In this document: one piece after another, positions 38,412-49,597 of the stretch
Layout of the letters: the number at the start of each line of letters is the position of its first letter
Numbering within the stretch: position 1 is the stretch's first letter
From: Candidatus Latescibacterota bacterium
Lineage (GTDB): Bacteria; Latescibacterota; UBA2968; UBA8231
Reading direction: 5' to 3'
NCBI GenBank assembly: GCA_965205655.1
Contig: CBDBIJ010000091.1
Coordinates: forward strand, 18,916-82,915
Length of the DNA: 64,000 bases
Program-made: the position numbers and the translations under genes
The notes under the pieces: model-generated
The model's database searches: none
What the model was told of the DNA's origin: nothing
The model's input: the letters and a program-made list of their open reading frames with translations, nothing else

Positions 38412-41400
38412 CTACTTGAGAAGCAACAGTCTGCGTTTGACTTCGTGCATATCGGTCGCCAACGAGTATAGGTACACGCCGCTGCCGACCGGCCTTCCAG
38501 TATTGTCCCTTCCATCCCAGCCGACACTGTAATGTCCCGCCCCCTGCGTGTCGCGCACAAGGTGTCTGACCGGCTGGCCGAGAATGTCGTACACCGTCAG
38601 CGTGACGGGCGTTTCGCCGTCGAGCACGTAGGAGATGGTGGTCTCGGCATTGAAAGGATTCGGAGAGTTGGACAGAGAAGGAACCTGAACTGAAGCCTTC
38701 AGCGACGGCGCGATTTGGGGTGCCGGTTGCTCGAGCAGGTACCCGATGCTGGATCCGAGCAGTGGACGAACGATGTCTTCCTCCTGAAGACCTATGTCAA
38801 AGGGCAGATAGACGAGCCGGTAGGTGCCGGTATCCAGACGCATTCCCGCTACTTCGCGCCTGCTGTTGAGCAGGATCGGCTCCGCCGGAGCTATCAGTGC
38901 GAGCGGAGCGTGATGCATGGTGAAATCCAGCGGCTCGCTGAGCCCCACGCTCTCGATCGGCAGGAGTCGCTGCCCCCACCTTCGCACACTACTCACATGC
39001 AGAATCTCGCGGTAGAAGGGTCCCATGCCGCCGCCCCGGACCCGGCTCGTCATGTTCCGCGAACGATTGAGCCAGAGTGTAGCCAGCATGAGGCGGCCAT
39101 CGTCCTCGAGGAAATCTCGAAAGGTTTCCCGCGTCCTCTCATCCATCGTGCGCCCCATCCAGATGACGAGCCCATTCTGTGCAGCATAGTGAGGCAGGAT
39201 CGTTCGATAGAGTGCTCCCCTATCGGGCGCCACATCGAAGATACGGACGCTCAACCCCTGGGCGGCCGTCTCCCTGGTTATGATCCGCCTCAGACTCTCT
39301 ACCTCACTGGCTTCATACTGGTCCCCGACAAAGACCACGATGTCCGGCAGTGTGGTCGTCTCATTGGCCCAGAGAAAGAGGTCCTGTTCGCTCAGCACGA
39401 CGGAACCGTCGCGGGCGTGCATTCGCACCTGGGCTTGGTACTGATCCGACGCAGTCGGCCAATAGGCCGCAGAGAATACGGACTCCCCGGGCAAGCTCCG
39501 ACTCCGGGTCATCGGAATCTCATCGAACGAGGTGGGATTCGATAAGGAACGGACGATCATGTAAGCCTTCTCTATTTCGCCTTGAGCAGAGGCGCGGAAA
39601 TAGCTGTGCCGGCCTACCAATGCCGACTCCGAGCGGACGTCTCCGTAGACCTCGATCTCGCTCCCCCGCACCGGAGATCTGCCTTCTATCTCGAACTCGA
39701 GCGTGTCTCGGAAGGCCTCCAGCTGGTAGCCGGTCGCTTCGAATACAAACCGCAGGGGCTCGCCGGAGTCGGCATCGGGGCTCACAGTAAGACTGGGCAA
39801 CCGCGGCGTCGTGCGAGACCCAGGCGAGAGAGTGAATGGTTCGCTCCGCACGATCAGGTCGTCTCCAGTGACGTCTGTCGACCAGCTGGGATAGACGGCA
39901 GACGTATTCCAGCTGAGTCTCAAATGGATATCGCGGTATCCGGTCAATGTCCAGTTGCCGATTTCGACATCGAACCGGAAGGATTCGCCCGGGCTGAGCC
40001 GGCCGTCGTCGTTGCCGGCAGTCTCTCCGCGCGCCGAGTCGATCAGATCAATCCTTCTGGTTATCTGTCCGCTCGAGTCTGCCGGAGCGTCCAGCAGGAC
40101 AACGCTATTGGCCGCGTTGCGTATCGAATAGCTGTCATCCGGCGCCTCGATGACGCTGGAACTCGTGGGCGAGAACAGAATGCCATACCAGGGCCGCTCC
40201 GGGTCCAACGCATCAAAAACGACGGAGGCTGCATCGGAGTCGGTCAGGATTCTGAAGTCTCCCTCGATCTTGAACTCGATGAGGCCGCTGTCCCGGCCAC
40301 TGCGCAAGCGATCGGAGCCCGCGAACCGCACCTGCGTGTGGTCGTGAATAACGAGGGCGCCCTCCGGGCCGACTCGGAAATCGCCGTCAACGAGCACGTT
40401 CCCACCCCAGTGTATCTCCTCGTCGATGGTCCCGGCCCAGCGAGGCTGGAGCAGATCCACCGACATGGCGGACCCCAGCCGTGAGAACGTCATATCGAGG
40501 CCGGTGTACGCAGACGAACCCATCCTCAGCAAATTGCTGGATGGATTGGAGCGAACCCTCAGCTGCCTGAAGCGGACGCCGTCAAAAGGGTCGGTGGCGT
40601 CGCCAAGGTTGCCGTCACGCGCCGAGGCGTATCCTCCGTCGTGAGCCCAGTAGTCGAGATTGTCCAATCCCTCCTCGCCATCTGCCTGGCGCCCCGACGG
40701 ATACCCCGCGTCGCGAAAGAGGCCATCGGCACAGACGAGATCAACGAGTTTCGACCGCTCTTCATTGTTCGAGGTGGCCTGTGGACGGATGTGCCAGACG
40801 AGCAATCCCTCAGCGGCGACGTTGCGGTTATAGCGCGTTCGCGTTCGTTGCTCCAGCAGCAGATACTCTTCCTCGAAATCGTTTCCCGGATCGGAGGCCA
40901 ACCCCAGGGGGATCTTGTAAACGTATCCATCATTCCGAAGGTCTTCGACCACGAGTCCGGTCGTGTCCTGGAAGATCTCTACCAGGCGATCGTTTCCAGG
41001 CCCGATCCAGCCCAATTGCTCCAGGCTCCAGGCAGAAAAGGCGACCGGACCGTCGCCACCATTCCAACCGTGTGCGCCCCACCCCATCAATCCCCAGAAG
41101 CCGATCCCGGCACTGTCTTCGGACGGTGCGCCGTAAGCGAAATCGTACAAGTCGGGCAGGAGCAGTGCGTGGCCGAACTCGTGTGCCATCGATCCAACTG
41201 TTTGCGAAAAACTTCCTTCGCGCAGAACCGCGCCGCGGTCGCTGGCGCCTGAAACGACTATCGATAGTCCGCTCAGTCCCACATCAGCTGTCGCCAGACT
41301 CGAGTCGAAGCCCAGCCCGGCTCGCCCAGTCGCACCACCGCCCAGGAAACCCCGCGGTGTGGAAAGCATGTTGATGAAGACGTAGTCGACGATGCCGTCG

Positions 41401-41900
41401 TCGTCGCCGGAGTTCGGCAGGCCGTCTGGTCCGTCGTTGTCATACTGGCGCCAGTCGACATCATCGTCCGCCTGGCGAAGAATTTCCTCGACAAGATCCA
41501 CGTAGCCGCCAGCTTCACCGTCGGACAGATAACTGGCAGCCGGCCGACTCGAGACATATCGTTCGGGAAGCACAGTGCCCCGAATCTCCATCTGGCCGAA
41601 TGACATGGTATCGTAGAAATGGGACAAGCTGCCAGGCAGCCTGAGATCGAAAATGGCGTTCGCGTAGTCCGGGACGGGTTGCCGTCCTTCGCTTGCGAAC
41701 TGGGCGTATACGACTACGACGTCAACGCGGTTGGAGATGGCGGCAAGATCGGAAGGGGCAGTGGGCTGCGTGGTCTTGGCGGCGATACGGGGCGAGGCGG
41801 CCGGCACGTGCCCGGCGCAAAGAAAGCCCTCGGCCGCAACTTCGCTGTGCACGAAGAAACCCACGAGCGCTGCAAGTATCAGGTGCGAGACTTTGGCCAT
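38412..41900 (-). CDS. M6 family (immune inhibitor A-like) metalloprotease with FlgD / T9SS type-A-like CTD
   Basis: 'AHEFGHALLLPDLYD', 'WGLMG.G', 'EGLLVWHI', 'NSPNPFN..T.I.Y...YDILGQ.VR.L...WDGRD...GSGVY...LLLLK'. ATG 41900 gives a signal peptide. Confidence 0.9.
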   Translation of the reverse strand: MAKVSHLILAALVGFFVHSEVAAEGFLCAGHVPAASPRIAAKTTQPTAPSDLAAISNRVDVVVVYAQFASEGRQPVPDYANAIFDLRLPGSLSHFYDTMSFGQMEIRGTVLPERYVSSRPAASYLSDGEAGGYVDLVEEILRQADDDVDWRQYDNDGPDGLPNSGDDDGIVDYVFINMLSTPRGFLGGGATGRAGLGFDSSLATADVGLSGLSIVVSGASDRGAVLREGSFSQTVGSMAHEFGHALLLPDLYDFAYGAPSEDSAGIGFWGLMGWGAHGWNGGDGPVAFSAWSLEQLGWIGPGNDRLVEIFQDTTGLVVEDLRNDGYVYKIPLGLASDPGNDFEEEYLLLEQRTRTRYNRNVAAEGLLVWHIRPQATSNNEERSKLVDLVCADGLFRDAGYPSGRQADGEEGLDNLDYWAHDGGYASARDGNLGDATDPFDGVRFRQLRVRSNPSSNLLRMGSSAYTGLDMTFSRLGSAMSVDLLQPRWAGTIDEEIHWGGNVLVDGDFRVGPEGALVIHDHTQVRFAGSDRLRSGRDSGLIEFKIEGDFRILTDSDAASVVFDALDPERPWYGILFSPTSSSVIEAPDDSYSIRNAANSVVLLDAPADSSGQITRRIDLIDSARGETAGNDDGRLSPGESFRFDVEIGNWTLTGYRDIHLRLSWNTSAVYPSWSTDVTGDDLIVRSEPFTLSPGSRTTPRLPSLTVSPDADSGEPLRFVFEATGYQLEAFRDTLEFEIEGRSPVRGSEIEVYGDVRSESALVGRHSYFRASAQGEIEKAYMIVRSLSNPTSFDEIPMTRSRSLPGESVFSAAYWPTASDQYQAQVRMHARDGSVVLSEQDLFLWANETTTLPDIVVFVGDQYEASEVESLRRIITRETAAQGLSVRIFDVAPDRGALYRTILPHYAAQNGLVIWMGRTMDERTRETFRDFLEDDGRLMLATLWLNRSRNMTSRVRGGGMGPFYREILHVSSVRRWGQRLLPIESVGLSEPLDFTMHHAPLALIAPAEPILLNSRREVAGMRLDTGTYRLVYLPFDIGLQEEDIVRPLLGSSIGYLLEQPAPQIAPSLKASVQVPSLSNSPNPFNAETTISYVLDGETPVTLTVYDILGQPVRHLVRDTQGAGHYSVGWDGRDNTGRPVGSGVYLYSLATDMHEVKRRLLLLK

Positions 41901-42027
41901 GGCTACCTTCAAAGTTAACATCTCCAAGATCACGCTCAAGCGCGGATCACCTGATGCCACCTTTAGACAGCTGTGCACGGCAATCGTTCAGTGCGAAGAG
42001 GACTCCCGTATCGACGTCATTCTCAAC

Positions 42028-44325
42028 ATGTGGGCCATTGATTCAGTGAGAGCACGACAATCGCGAAAGCTTTTCAGGTTCGCGGTCCACGTGCAGGTTC
42101 GCCGTGTCGCTCTCGTGGCCATCTCAATCGCGACATTCGAGCCGGGGACCGCACAAGCTCAGGCGGACTGGGCCACTTTCACGAGCATGCGGGAGATCAA
42201 CGGCGTCCAGGCCACTCCAACCTCAATCTGGGCCGCCACGTCCGGCGGCGTGCTGCGCTATAACAGTCGCTCCCGGCGCTATGACAGGTTCACAACCCTC
42301 GACGGGCTCGCCGGAAATGAGGTCCTCAGCGTGGCGCACGACGACCGAGGGGATCTGTGGTTCGGAACAAGGGGCGCCGGCCTCTGCCGGTTCCGGATCG
42401 ACTCGGAGACGTTCGACGCGCCGTTTCTCGAATTCAGGGGGCTCAGCATCAACGCGTTACTCGTCATGGGGAACCAGCTCCTAGTGGGAACCGATGAGGG
42501 CGTGAGCGTCTTCGACATCGACCGGGAGGAGGTCAGGGAGACCTACAGCCGGTTCGGGACCCTTCTCGACAAGAACACGCCAGTAACAGCCCTGACCATC
42601 AGCGAGGGGGTTCTGTGCGTCGCCACCGGCCTCGGCATCGCCTGGGCAGACCTGGCGCAGCCCAACCTGAAGGATCCCAACAGCTGGGATAGCGCTACGT
42701 TTACCGGGGAGGTGAGTGACGTCTTAGCTGTGAACGGTAGAGTATACTTGGCCGCCGAGCGCGGCATCTTCTCCTTCGCCCCCACGATCGGAACGGTACG
42801 CGACGAGAATCGCGATATACGGCCGACGAGTCTTTCAGCACTGGAAGGACGACCCGTCGCCGCGGCTGCTGAGGGCTACCTTCTCCGTCGGGAAGAAGAC
42901 GGCCAATGGGCGCGGTTACCGGGCGGCAGCATCGCCGATGTGAGAGGCATGTCGAGCAGTGGCGCGTCCCTGTGGCTCGGCACCGGCTCCGGCTTGAGAG
43001 TGATCGGGGAGAGGGCGCCGTCACGGTCGCGGGAGCCGGCGGCCAACAGGTTCTTCGACATGGAAGTTCTCGACACCGGTGAACTGTGGGTCGCCACCGT
43101 GCCCAACGACCACTTCGATTCGTTCGGTCTCTACCAGCTTGCCCCGGCCGGATGGACTGTCTGGGACAGAGCAGCCGGCATGCCGACCGATGACATTGTC
43201 AGCCTCGCCACCGACGCTCGCGGTCGGCTGTGGGCGGGCACCTGGGGAGCGGGAGTCTCCATCCGCAGTGCAACCGGGGCCCTGTTCCGGCTCCACCATC
43301 AGAATTCGGACCTCCAGGGTCTCGGCTCCGGAGGTGATTTCGTCGTCATCAGCGATATCGCGCGCGACACTGCCGGCAACATGTGGCTTGTGAACGTGAA
43401 GTTTGGAATCGTCGTCATCGACGGCTTTCCGGTCAGGCGGAGCCACGTATTCGACCAGGTCGCCCTCGGCTTTCCCCCCGGAGAAGACTTGAACAAGATC
43501 ACAGTCGGGCCGGATGGGCTGAAGTGGCTCACCAGCCCGACTCACGGCTTCGGGATCCTCGATGACGGTGGCACCCCGTTCGACGGCACCGACGACCAGG
43601 CTCTGTTCATCGACGTGATTGAAGAAGACCGACTGTCCAGCAACAGGGTGTCCGATATCGAAATCACGCCTGATGGAACGCTCTGGGTCGCCACGGACAA
43701 CGGCATCAATCGCGTCCGCGGCAGCTATTCCCGAGCATCGAATTCATACGTCGTCGAGCAGTGGACGGTGCTGTCCGATAGAGACGGCCTGCCAGCCAGT
43801 CAGATCAACGATCTCGAACTGGATGCCTGCGGCAACCTCTGGGTGGCAACCGAAGGCGGGCTGACCCATATATCGCCGGGCGGTGAGATCGCCCTTCCCC
43901 TGACCAGCAGGAACAGCCCTCTGATCAACAATCGAGTGAACTCCCTCTTGTTTGACGCCTCACGCGGACAGCTGTGGATCGGCACCTTCGACGGGCTCAG
44001 CCGCACCCGTCTTCCGGACTGCGATCGGGAAGTGAGTGGCGACAGCGGGGAGGGCGGTCTGCAAATCTATCCCAATCCATTCACTCTCTCTGACGGCGAG
44101 AGCTCGCTGATTCTCGACGGTATCGCCGCCGGCATGACGGTGCAGATTTTTACCATCTCCGGCGAACTCGTCCGGCGACTCGAGGGCACTTCGGGTCAAC
44201 GAATGCTGACCTGGGATGGTCGAAACGACTCCGGCTTCCCGGTCAGCTCCGGCATCTACGTGCTTGTCGCCGATGACGGAGCAGGCAAGCGCATCCGCGG
44301 CAGGTTCGCAGTAGTGCGCCCGTGA
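42028..44325 (+). CDS. PorZ-like double beta-propeller (two-component-regulator propeller repeats) with type-A-like CTD
   Basis: 'DGL..N.V...LW.GT' repeats; 'LDDGGTPFDGTDD' insert; 'IYPNPF...IFTISGELVR...WDGRN...SSGIY...FAVVRP'. Start uncertain (42028-42091). Confidence 0.72.
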   Translation: MWAIDSVRARQSRKLFRFAVHVQVRRVALVAISIATFEPGTAQAQADWATFTSMREINGVQATPTSIWAATSGGVLRYNSRSRRYDRFTTLDGLAGNEVLSVAHDDRGDLWFGTRGAGLCRFRIDSETFDAPFLEFRGLSINALLVMGNQLLVGTDEGVSVFDIDREEVRETYSRFGTLLDKNTPVTALTISEGVLCVATGLGIAWADLAQPNLKDPNSWDSATFTGEVSDVLAVNGRVYLAAERGIFSFAPTIGTVRDENRDIRPTSLSALEGRPVAAAAEGYLLRREEDGQWARLPGGSIADVRGMSSSGASLWLGTGSGLRVIGERAPSRSREPAANRFFDMEVLDTGELWVATVPNDHFDSFGLYQLAPAGWTVWDRAAGMPTDDIVSLATDARGRLWAGTWGAGVSIRSATGALFRLHHQNSDLQGLGSGGDFVVISDIARDTAGNMWLVNVKFGIVVIDGFPVRRSHVFDQVALGFPPGEDLNKITVGPDGLKWLTSPTHGFGILDDGGTPFDGTDDQALFIDVIEEDRLSSNRVSDIEITPDGTLWVATDNGINRVRGSYSRASNSYVVEQWTVLSDRDGLPASQINDLELDACGNLWVATEGGLTHISPGGEIALPLTSRNSPLINNRVNSLLFDASRGQLWIGTFDGLSRTRLPDCDREVSGDSGEGGLQIYPNPFTLSDGESSLILDGIAAGMTVQIFTISGELVRRLEGTSGQRMLTWDGRNDSGFPVSSGIYVLVADDGAGKRIRGRFAVVRP

Positions 44326-44383
44326 TCGTTGCGAGCGCACAGCAGGTTGACCGTTAGCCAAAATCTGGCGGTATTCTGCTGGC

Positions 44384-47040
44384 ATGCGACAAGATGTGGA
44401 AACCATCGAGACGCGGGAGTGGCTCGACTCCCTCGACTACGTGTTGAGCCACGGCGGACCGGAGCGAGTGCGCCAGCTCCTGGACCGGCTGCAGAGCTAC
44501 GCTCGCGAGCAGGGCGTGGCGATCCCTTCCGCCTCGAATACGCCCTACGTCAACACCATCCCTCCCGACAGGCAGCCACCCTACCCGGGTAGTCACGGGC
44601 TGGAGCGCCGAATCCGCAATATTCTGCGCTGGAACGCCACCATCCTGGTGGTGCGGGCCAACCTGGAGGACCCCAGCATCGGCGGTCACATCGCCACATA
44701 CGCATCGGTGGCCACCCTCTACGAGGTCGGCTTCAATCACTTCTTCCGCGGAAAAAGTGACGACTTCGAGGGGGACCAGATCCTTTTCCAGGCCCACACT
44801 TCGCCGGGCATCTACGCGCGGGCCTACCTTGAGGGTCGGCTCAGCGAGGAGCAGCTGATCAACTTCCGGCGCGAACTGCGGAAGGGAGGCGGCCTGCCTA
44901 GCTATCCCCACCCGAGATTGATGCCGGAGTTCTGGCAGTTCCCCACCGCCTCCATGGGCCTGTGCCCGATCACGGCGATCTACCACGCGCGCTACAACCG
45001 TTACCTGGAAGACCGGGGCCTGAAGCAGCCATCTGACGCCAAGGTCTGGGCCTTCATCGGCGACGGGGAGACGGACGAACCCGAATCGCTGGGGGCCATC
45101 TCGCTGGCTGCCCGGGAGCGGCTCGACAATCTCATCTTCGTCGTCAACTGCAACTTGCAGCGGCTGGACGGTCCCGTACGGGGGAACGCCAAGATCATCC
45201 AGGAGCTGGAAACCGTCTTCCGCGGCGCCGGCTGGAACGTGATCAAGGTGATCTGGGGCAGCGACTGGGACCCACTGCTGGCCCAGGACGACGAGGGCTT
45301 GCTGGCGAAGCGCATGGGCGAGCTGGTGGATGGGCAGTATCAGAAATACAGCGTATCGGACGGCAAGTACCAGCGGGAGCACTTCTTCGGCGTGGATCCG
45401 CGGCTGATGGAGATGTCGAGGCAGTTGTCCGACGAGCATATCCGCACGATTCGCCGCGGCGGGCACGACCCGGAGAAGGTGTACGCGGCTTACAAGGCGG
45501 CAGTGGAGCACGAGGGGGCGCCGTCGGTGATCCTTGCCAAGACGATCAAGGGTTACGGAATGGGCAGAGCGGGAGAAGGCACCATGTCGACCCATCAGCT
45601 GAAGAAACTCGATGTCGACGTCCTGCGGGAGATCCGCACACGCTTCGGGATCCCCATATCGGATGCGGAGGTGGAGAATCTGCCCTTCTACCGGCCTCCG
45701 GACGACAGTCCCGAGATCGAGTACCTGCGCGAGCGCAGAGAGTCGCTCGGCGGTTTCGTGCCGCGGCGGACAGTGCCGAAGGCGACGGTGTCGGCGCCGC
45801 AGTCAGCTCTCTACGAGGAGTTCTACCGGGGAACGGATCGCGAGGTGACCACGACGATGGTTTTCGTCCGCATCCTGTCGCGGCTCATGCGGGACGAGAG
45901 CATTGGCAAGCTGATCGTGCCCATGGTGCCCGACGAGGCCCGTACTTTCGGGTTGGAGGCGTTGTTCAGGCAGTACGGCATCTACTCCCGCATCGGCCAG
46001 CTCTACGACCCGGTGGACAGCGAGACTCTGACCTACTACAGGGAAGCCCGGGACGGACAGCTGATCGAGGAAGGAATCACCGAGGCGGGAGCGCTGTGCT
46101 CGTTCACGGCGGCGGGCACCGCCTACGCGACACATGGCATTCCGACGCTGCCGTTCTTCGTGTTCTACTCCATCTTCGGTTTCCAGCGAGTGGCGGACCT
46201 GGTGTACGCGGCAGGCGATACCCAGGCGCGGGGATTCCTGATCGGCGCCACGTCGGGGCGCACGACCCTCAACGGCGAGGGACTGCAGCACCAGGACGGT
46301 CACAGCCACCTGACGGCCTACACCTTCCCCCACGTACGCGCCTACGATCCCGCCTACGGGTACGAACTGGCAGTCATCATCCGCGAGGGGATCCGGCAGA
46401 TGTATGAGGAGGGGCAGGACGTCATCTACTACCTGACCGCGTGCTCAACGAGAGCTACCAGATGCCGGCGATGCCCGATGGCGCCGAGGACGCCATTTTG
46501 AAGGGGATGTACCGGCTGCGTCGTGCAGGGAAGGGCCGCAGGAAAGTGAGAGCTCACCTGTTCGGGAGCGGCGCGATCCTGAACGAGGCAGTGCGCGCCC
46601 AGGAGATCCTGGAGGGGGACTACGACGTGCCGGCCGACGTGTGGAGCATCACCAGTTTTCGCGAGCTCCATCAGGACGGCTGCGACGCCGATCGCTGGAA
46701 TGCGCAGCACCCGGAGGCCGAGCCGCAAGTGCCGCACCTGGCCGCGTGCCTGCGCGGTGCAGAGGGCACCTTCGTGGTGGCGTCGGATTATCTGAAGGCG
46801 TTGCCAAACTCTATCGCCAGGTGGTTCCCGCGGCCGCCAGTGGCGCTGGGCACCGACGGGTTCGGGCGCAGCGACAGCAGGGAGGCGCTCAGGCGGTTCT
46901 TCGAGGTGGATCGGCGGACGATCGCGTACGCGGCGCTGGGCGATCTGCACCGGCAGGGGTTGCTGCCGGCGAAGGTGGTGGAGCGGGCGCGGAAGGAACT
47001 GGATGTAAGGGCCGAGAAGGCGAACCCGGTGTACTCGTAA
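44384..47040 (+). CDS. aceE: Pyruvate dehydrogenase E1 (homodimeric type), frameshift at about 46440
   Basis: 'ETREWL', 'GGHIA', 'SYPHP.LMPEFWQFPT.SMGL', 'GDGE.DEPE', 'GEGLQHQDG'; continues in the 46441-47040 frame (VLNESY...LGTDGFGRSD.REALR.FFEVD). Confidence 0.95.
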
Positions 47041-47049
47041 GGAGTCCCT

Positions 47050-48195
47050 ATGCAATCCTCCAGCGACGTGGCGCGGATGAAAGTTCCCATCCACGATCTC
47101 AAGATCCAGCACGCCACGCTGAAGACGGAGATGGATGCGGCACTCTCGAAGGTCATCGACGACTGCGCATTCATCCTGGGTCCGCCGGTCCAGGAGTTCG
47201 AAACTGCTTTCGCCAACTACGTCGGTGCCAAGCACTGCGTCGGAGTGAGCAACGGGACCGACGCACTCAAACTGGCGCTGCGGGCAGCTGATGTGGGCGA
47301 AGGCGACGAGGTCATCACGGCCCCCCATACATTCGGCGCGACCACCGAGGCCATCTGCGAACTGGGAGCGCGGCCTGTGTTCGTCGATATCGAGGAGCGC
47401 TCCTTCACTCTGGACGGATCGCAGCTTGAGAGCAAAATCACAGAGAGAGCTAAGGCGATCATCCCCGTCCATATCTATGGCCACCCGGCAGACATGGACG
47501 TTGTTTCGGAGATTGCTGCAAAGCACGATCTGGTCGTCATCGAGGACTCGGCCCAAGCGCACGGGGCCCGTTACAAGGGACGCATGGCCGGGTCTTTCGG
47601 TGCTCTCGCCTGTTTCAGCTTCTACCCGGGGAAAAACCTGGGGGCCTTCGGGGACGCGGGGGGCGTAGTGACAAGCGACGATGGATTGGCGGAGCGCGTG
47701 CGCCGTCTGCGCAATCACGGTCAGGCCCCGGGAGGCAAATTCTCGTACCTGGAGTTGGGATATAACCACCGTATGGACGGGATTCAGGGTGCGGTGCTCG
47801 GGGTAAAGCTACCATACCTGGAAACCTGGAACGAGAAACGGCGCGAGATTGCAGCGCGGTACGTCATCGGACTCGGGGAAATCGAAGCTTTGACACTTCC
47901 ATCCGAGGCGCCCGGTGTTCATCACGTCTATCACCTCTACGTAATCCGGGCACCAGACCGAGACCGGCTTGCCGCCAGTCTGGAGGCAGAGGGAATCAAA
48001 ACGTCCGTGTATTTTCCGCGTCCGCTACACCTGACCGAGGCGTACCGATTCCTGGGTTACGCGGAGGGGGCCCTGCCCGTCAGCGAGCAAGCCTGCCGGG
48101 AGGTGATTTCGCTGCCGATGTTTCCGGAGATGGAAGATGATCAGGTGGACTACGTCGTCTCGCGGATCAGGCGGCACTACCAGATGGATGAGTAG
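47050..48195 (+). CDS. DegT/DnrJ/EryC1/StrS PLP-dependent sugar aminotransferase
   Basis: 'NGTDAL', 'IEDSAQAHGA', 'SFYPGKNLGAFGDAG'. Confidence 0.95.
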   Translation: MQSSSDVARMKVPIHDLKIQHATLKTEMDAALSKVIDDCAFILGPPVQEFETAFANYVGAKHCVGVSNGTDALKLALRAADVGEGDEVITAPHTFGATTEAICELGARPVFVDIEERSFTLDGSQLESKITERAKAIIPVHIYGHPADMDVVSEIAAKHDLVVIEDSAQAHGARYKGRMAGSFGALACFSFYPGKNLGAFGDAGGVVTSDDGLAERVRRLRNHGQAPGGKFSYLELGYNHRMDGIQGAVLGVKLPYLETWNEKRREIAARYVIGLGEIEALTLPSEAPGVHHVYHLYVIRAPDRDRLAASLEAEGIKTSVYFPRPLHLTEAYRFLGYAEGALPVSEQACREVISLPMFPEMEDDQVDYVVSRIRRHYQMDE

Positions 48196-48233
48196 AGAAA
48201 TCCGCGGAAGCCCGCTGCGAAAAACAGCAGCTG

Positions 48234-49421
48234 CTATTCCGGAAGTCGCTTCAGGAAGTCGTGGATGGCGGCTGCAGCAACAGCGTGCCCGGCGGCATTC
48301 CAGTGACTGTCTCGGTAGTAGAGAGCAGGCCCGCTAAGGCTCTCAACGAAGTCCTCGTGGAGGTCGAGAAAGGGCAGGCCGAGATCGGCGGAGATACGGC
48401 GAAGTCGGCGATTGGGCTTAAGCAAATCGAACTCTCCAACCAGACCGTGCAGCTCACGTTTCATGCGCCAGTTTTGCTCCTCGACTTGCACGATTGAGGG
48501 TACGTACACCAGGATCATCTCGGCGCCGGCGTCCCGCACTCTGTCTTGAAACTCCTGTATGATCCGTGCCGTGAGCCGCCACACTTTTTCGAACCGGGGC
48601 GACGAACCGGTGCCGTAGAGGCCCTCGTAGAAATCGCGTTGCTGCCGCATGGGCACCGGCTTCGTCAACGCTTTGTGCTTCAGATGGTAGACGTGCCAAT
48701 GCTCGTAGAGATGGCGACCCAGGCGCTCCGACCACACACGTTCCCGTGATCTTTCCCCCTCGTCATCCCAGTGCCGGTTCCTCTTCACCGGCACACCACG
48801 CAGGCGAAGATGACCGTCCTGTGCGAGACGGAAGAACGGTTTGTAGCCGCGTTCCATCCCGATGCCCATCTTGGTCGTGTTGTTCCACAGGTCATTGCCA
48901 TAGAACAGGACGATCACCAGATCGGGTCGATAAGAACGCCCGGAACGATCGAACAACAGCATCTCCTGGTCTGTTCCGAATCCAGCCATTCCGAAGTTGA
49001 GCACCTGGACGGCGCCACCGCCGTTCGATTCTCCCGTCGGTTCGGTTTGGAGCAAACTCTCCAACACCTTGCTCACGGACTCGTTCAGCGACACCCCCCA
49101 TCCCTCCACGAAGGAGTCGCCGAACATGAGGATCCTCCGTGTGTCCGCACGCCTCTGGAGCGCGTACTCCCGATCTCGCAGCCCGTTGCTGTTGATGGAC
49201 ACTTCTACATCGAACTCAGGCGTGATCATGCGGCCGGAGGCCAAAGGGATATGGTCCCATCCCAGTTCCGGGTCGAACTGCCACAACTTGGCTCGACGCG
49301 AGAGCTGCGGACTGGCCTGGCTCACAACCAGCTCCCCCAGCAGCACCGCTGTCGCCAGGCCGGCCACGGCGAGCGCGACCCTGCCGCCCCAACCGCCAAG
49401 CCTTGCCTTGGAATCCGTCAC
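48234..49421 (-). CDS. SGNH/GDSL hydrolase (AlgX/AlgJ-like) with N-terminal TM segment
   Basis: 'NSNGLRD', 'FGDSF', 'YGND', 'DSHWN..GH'; GTG 49421 after GGGAG. Confidence 0.88.
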   Translation of the reverse strand: MTDSKARLGGWGGRVALAVAGLATAVLLGELVVSQASPQLSRRAKLWQFDPELGWDHIPLASGRMITPEFDVEVSINSNGLRDREYALQRRADTRRILMFGDSFVEGWGVSLNESVSKVLESLLQTEPTGESNGGGAVQVLNFGMAGFGTDQEMLLFDRSGRSYRPDLVIVLFYGNDLWNNTTKMGIGMERGYKPFFRLAQDGHLRLRGVPVKRNRHWDDEGERSRERVWSERLGRHLYEHWHVYHLKHKALTKPVPMRQQRDFYEGLYGTGSSPRFEKVWRLTARIIQEFQDRVRDAGAEMILVYVPSIVQVEEQNWRMKRELHGLVGEFDLLKPNRRLRRISADLGLPFLDLHEDFVESLSGPALYYRDSHWNAAGHAVAAAAIHDFLKRLPE

Positions 49422-49597
49422 AATCGCTCCCTTCAAAGTGCTACGTATCGCGTTCGACGACTTGCACCCAACAGATGATTCTGACTACTGTCAAACGGAA
49501 TCTGCCAATTCTCGTGCCGTGGGGTGAATTCGATCATCAATCCGTGACATATGGCCAGCAAGAAACTCCTGTGTCTATCGCTTCTCAAAATACGCCT

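Noticed and set aside
47050-49421. DegT aminotransferase plus SGNH gene as a polysaccharide biosynthesis locus
   Set aside because: The genes are convergent and there is no glycosyltransferase, flippase or nucleotide-sugar gene nearby.
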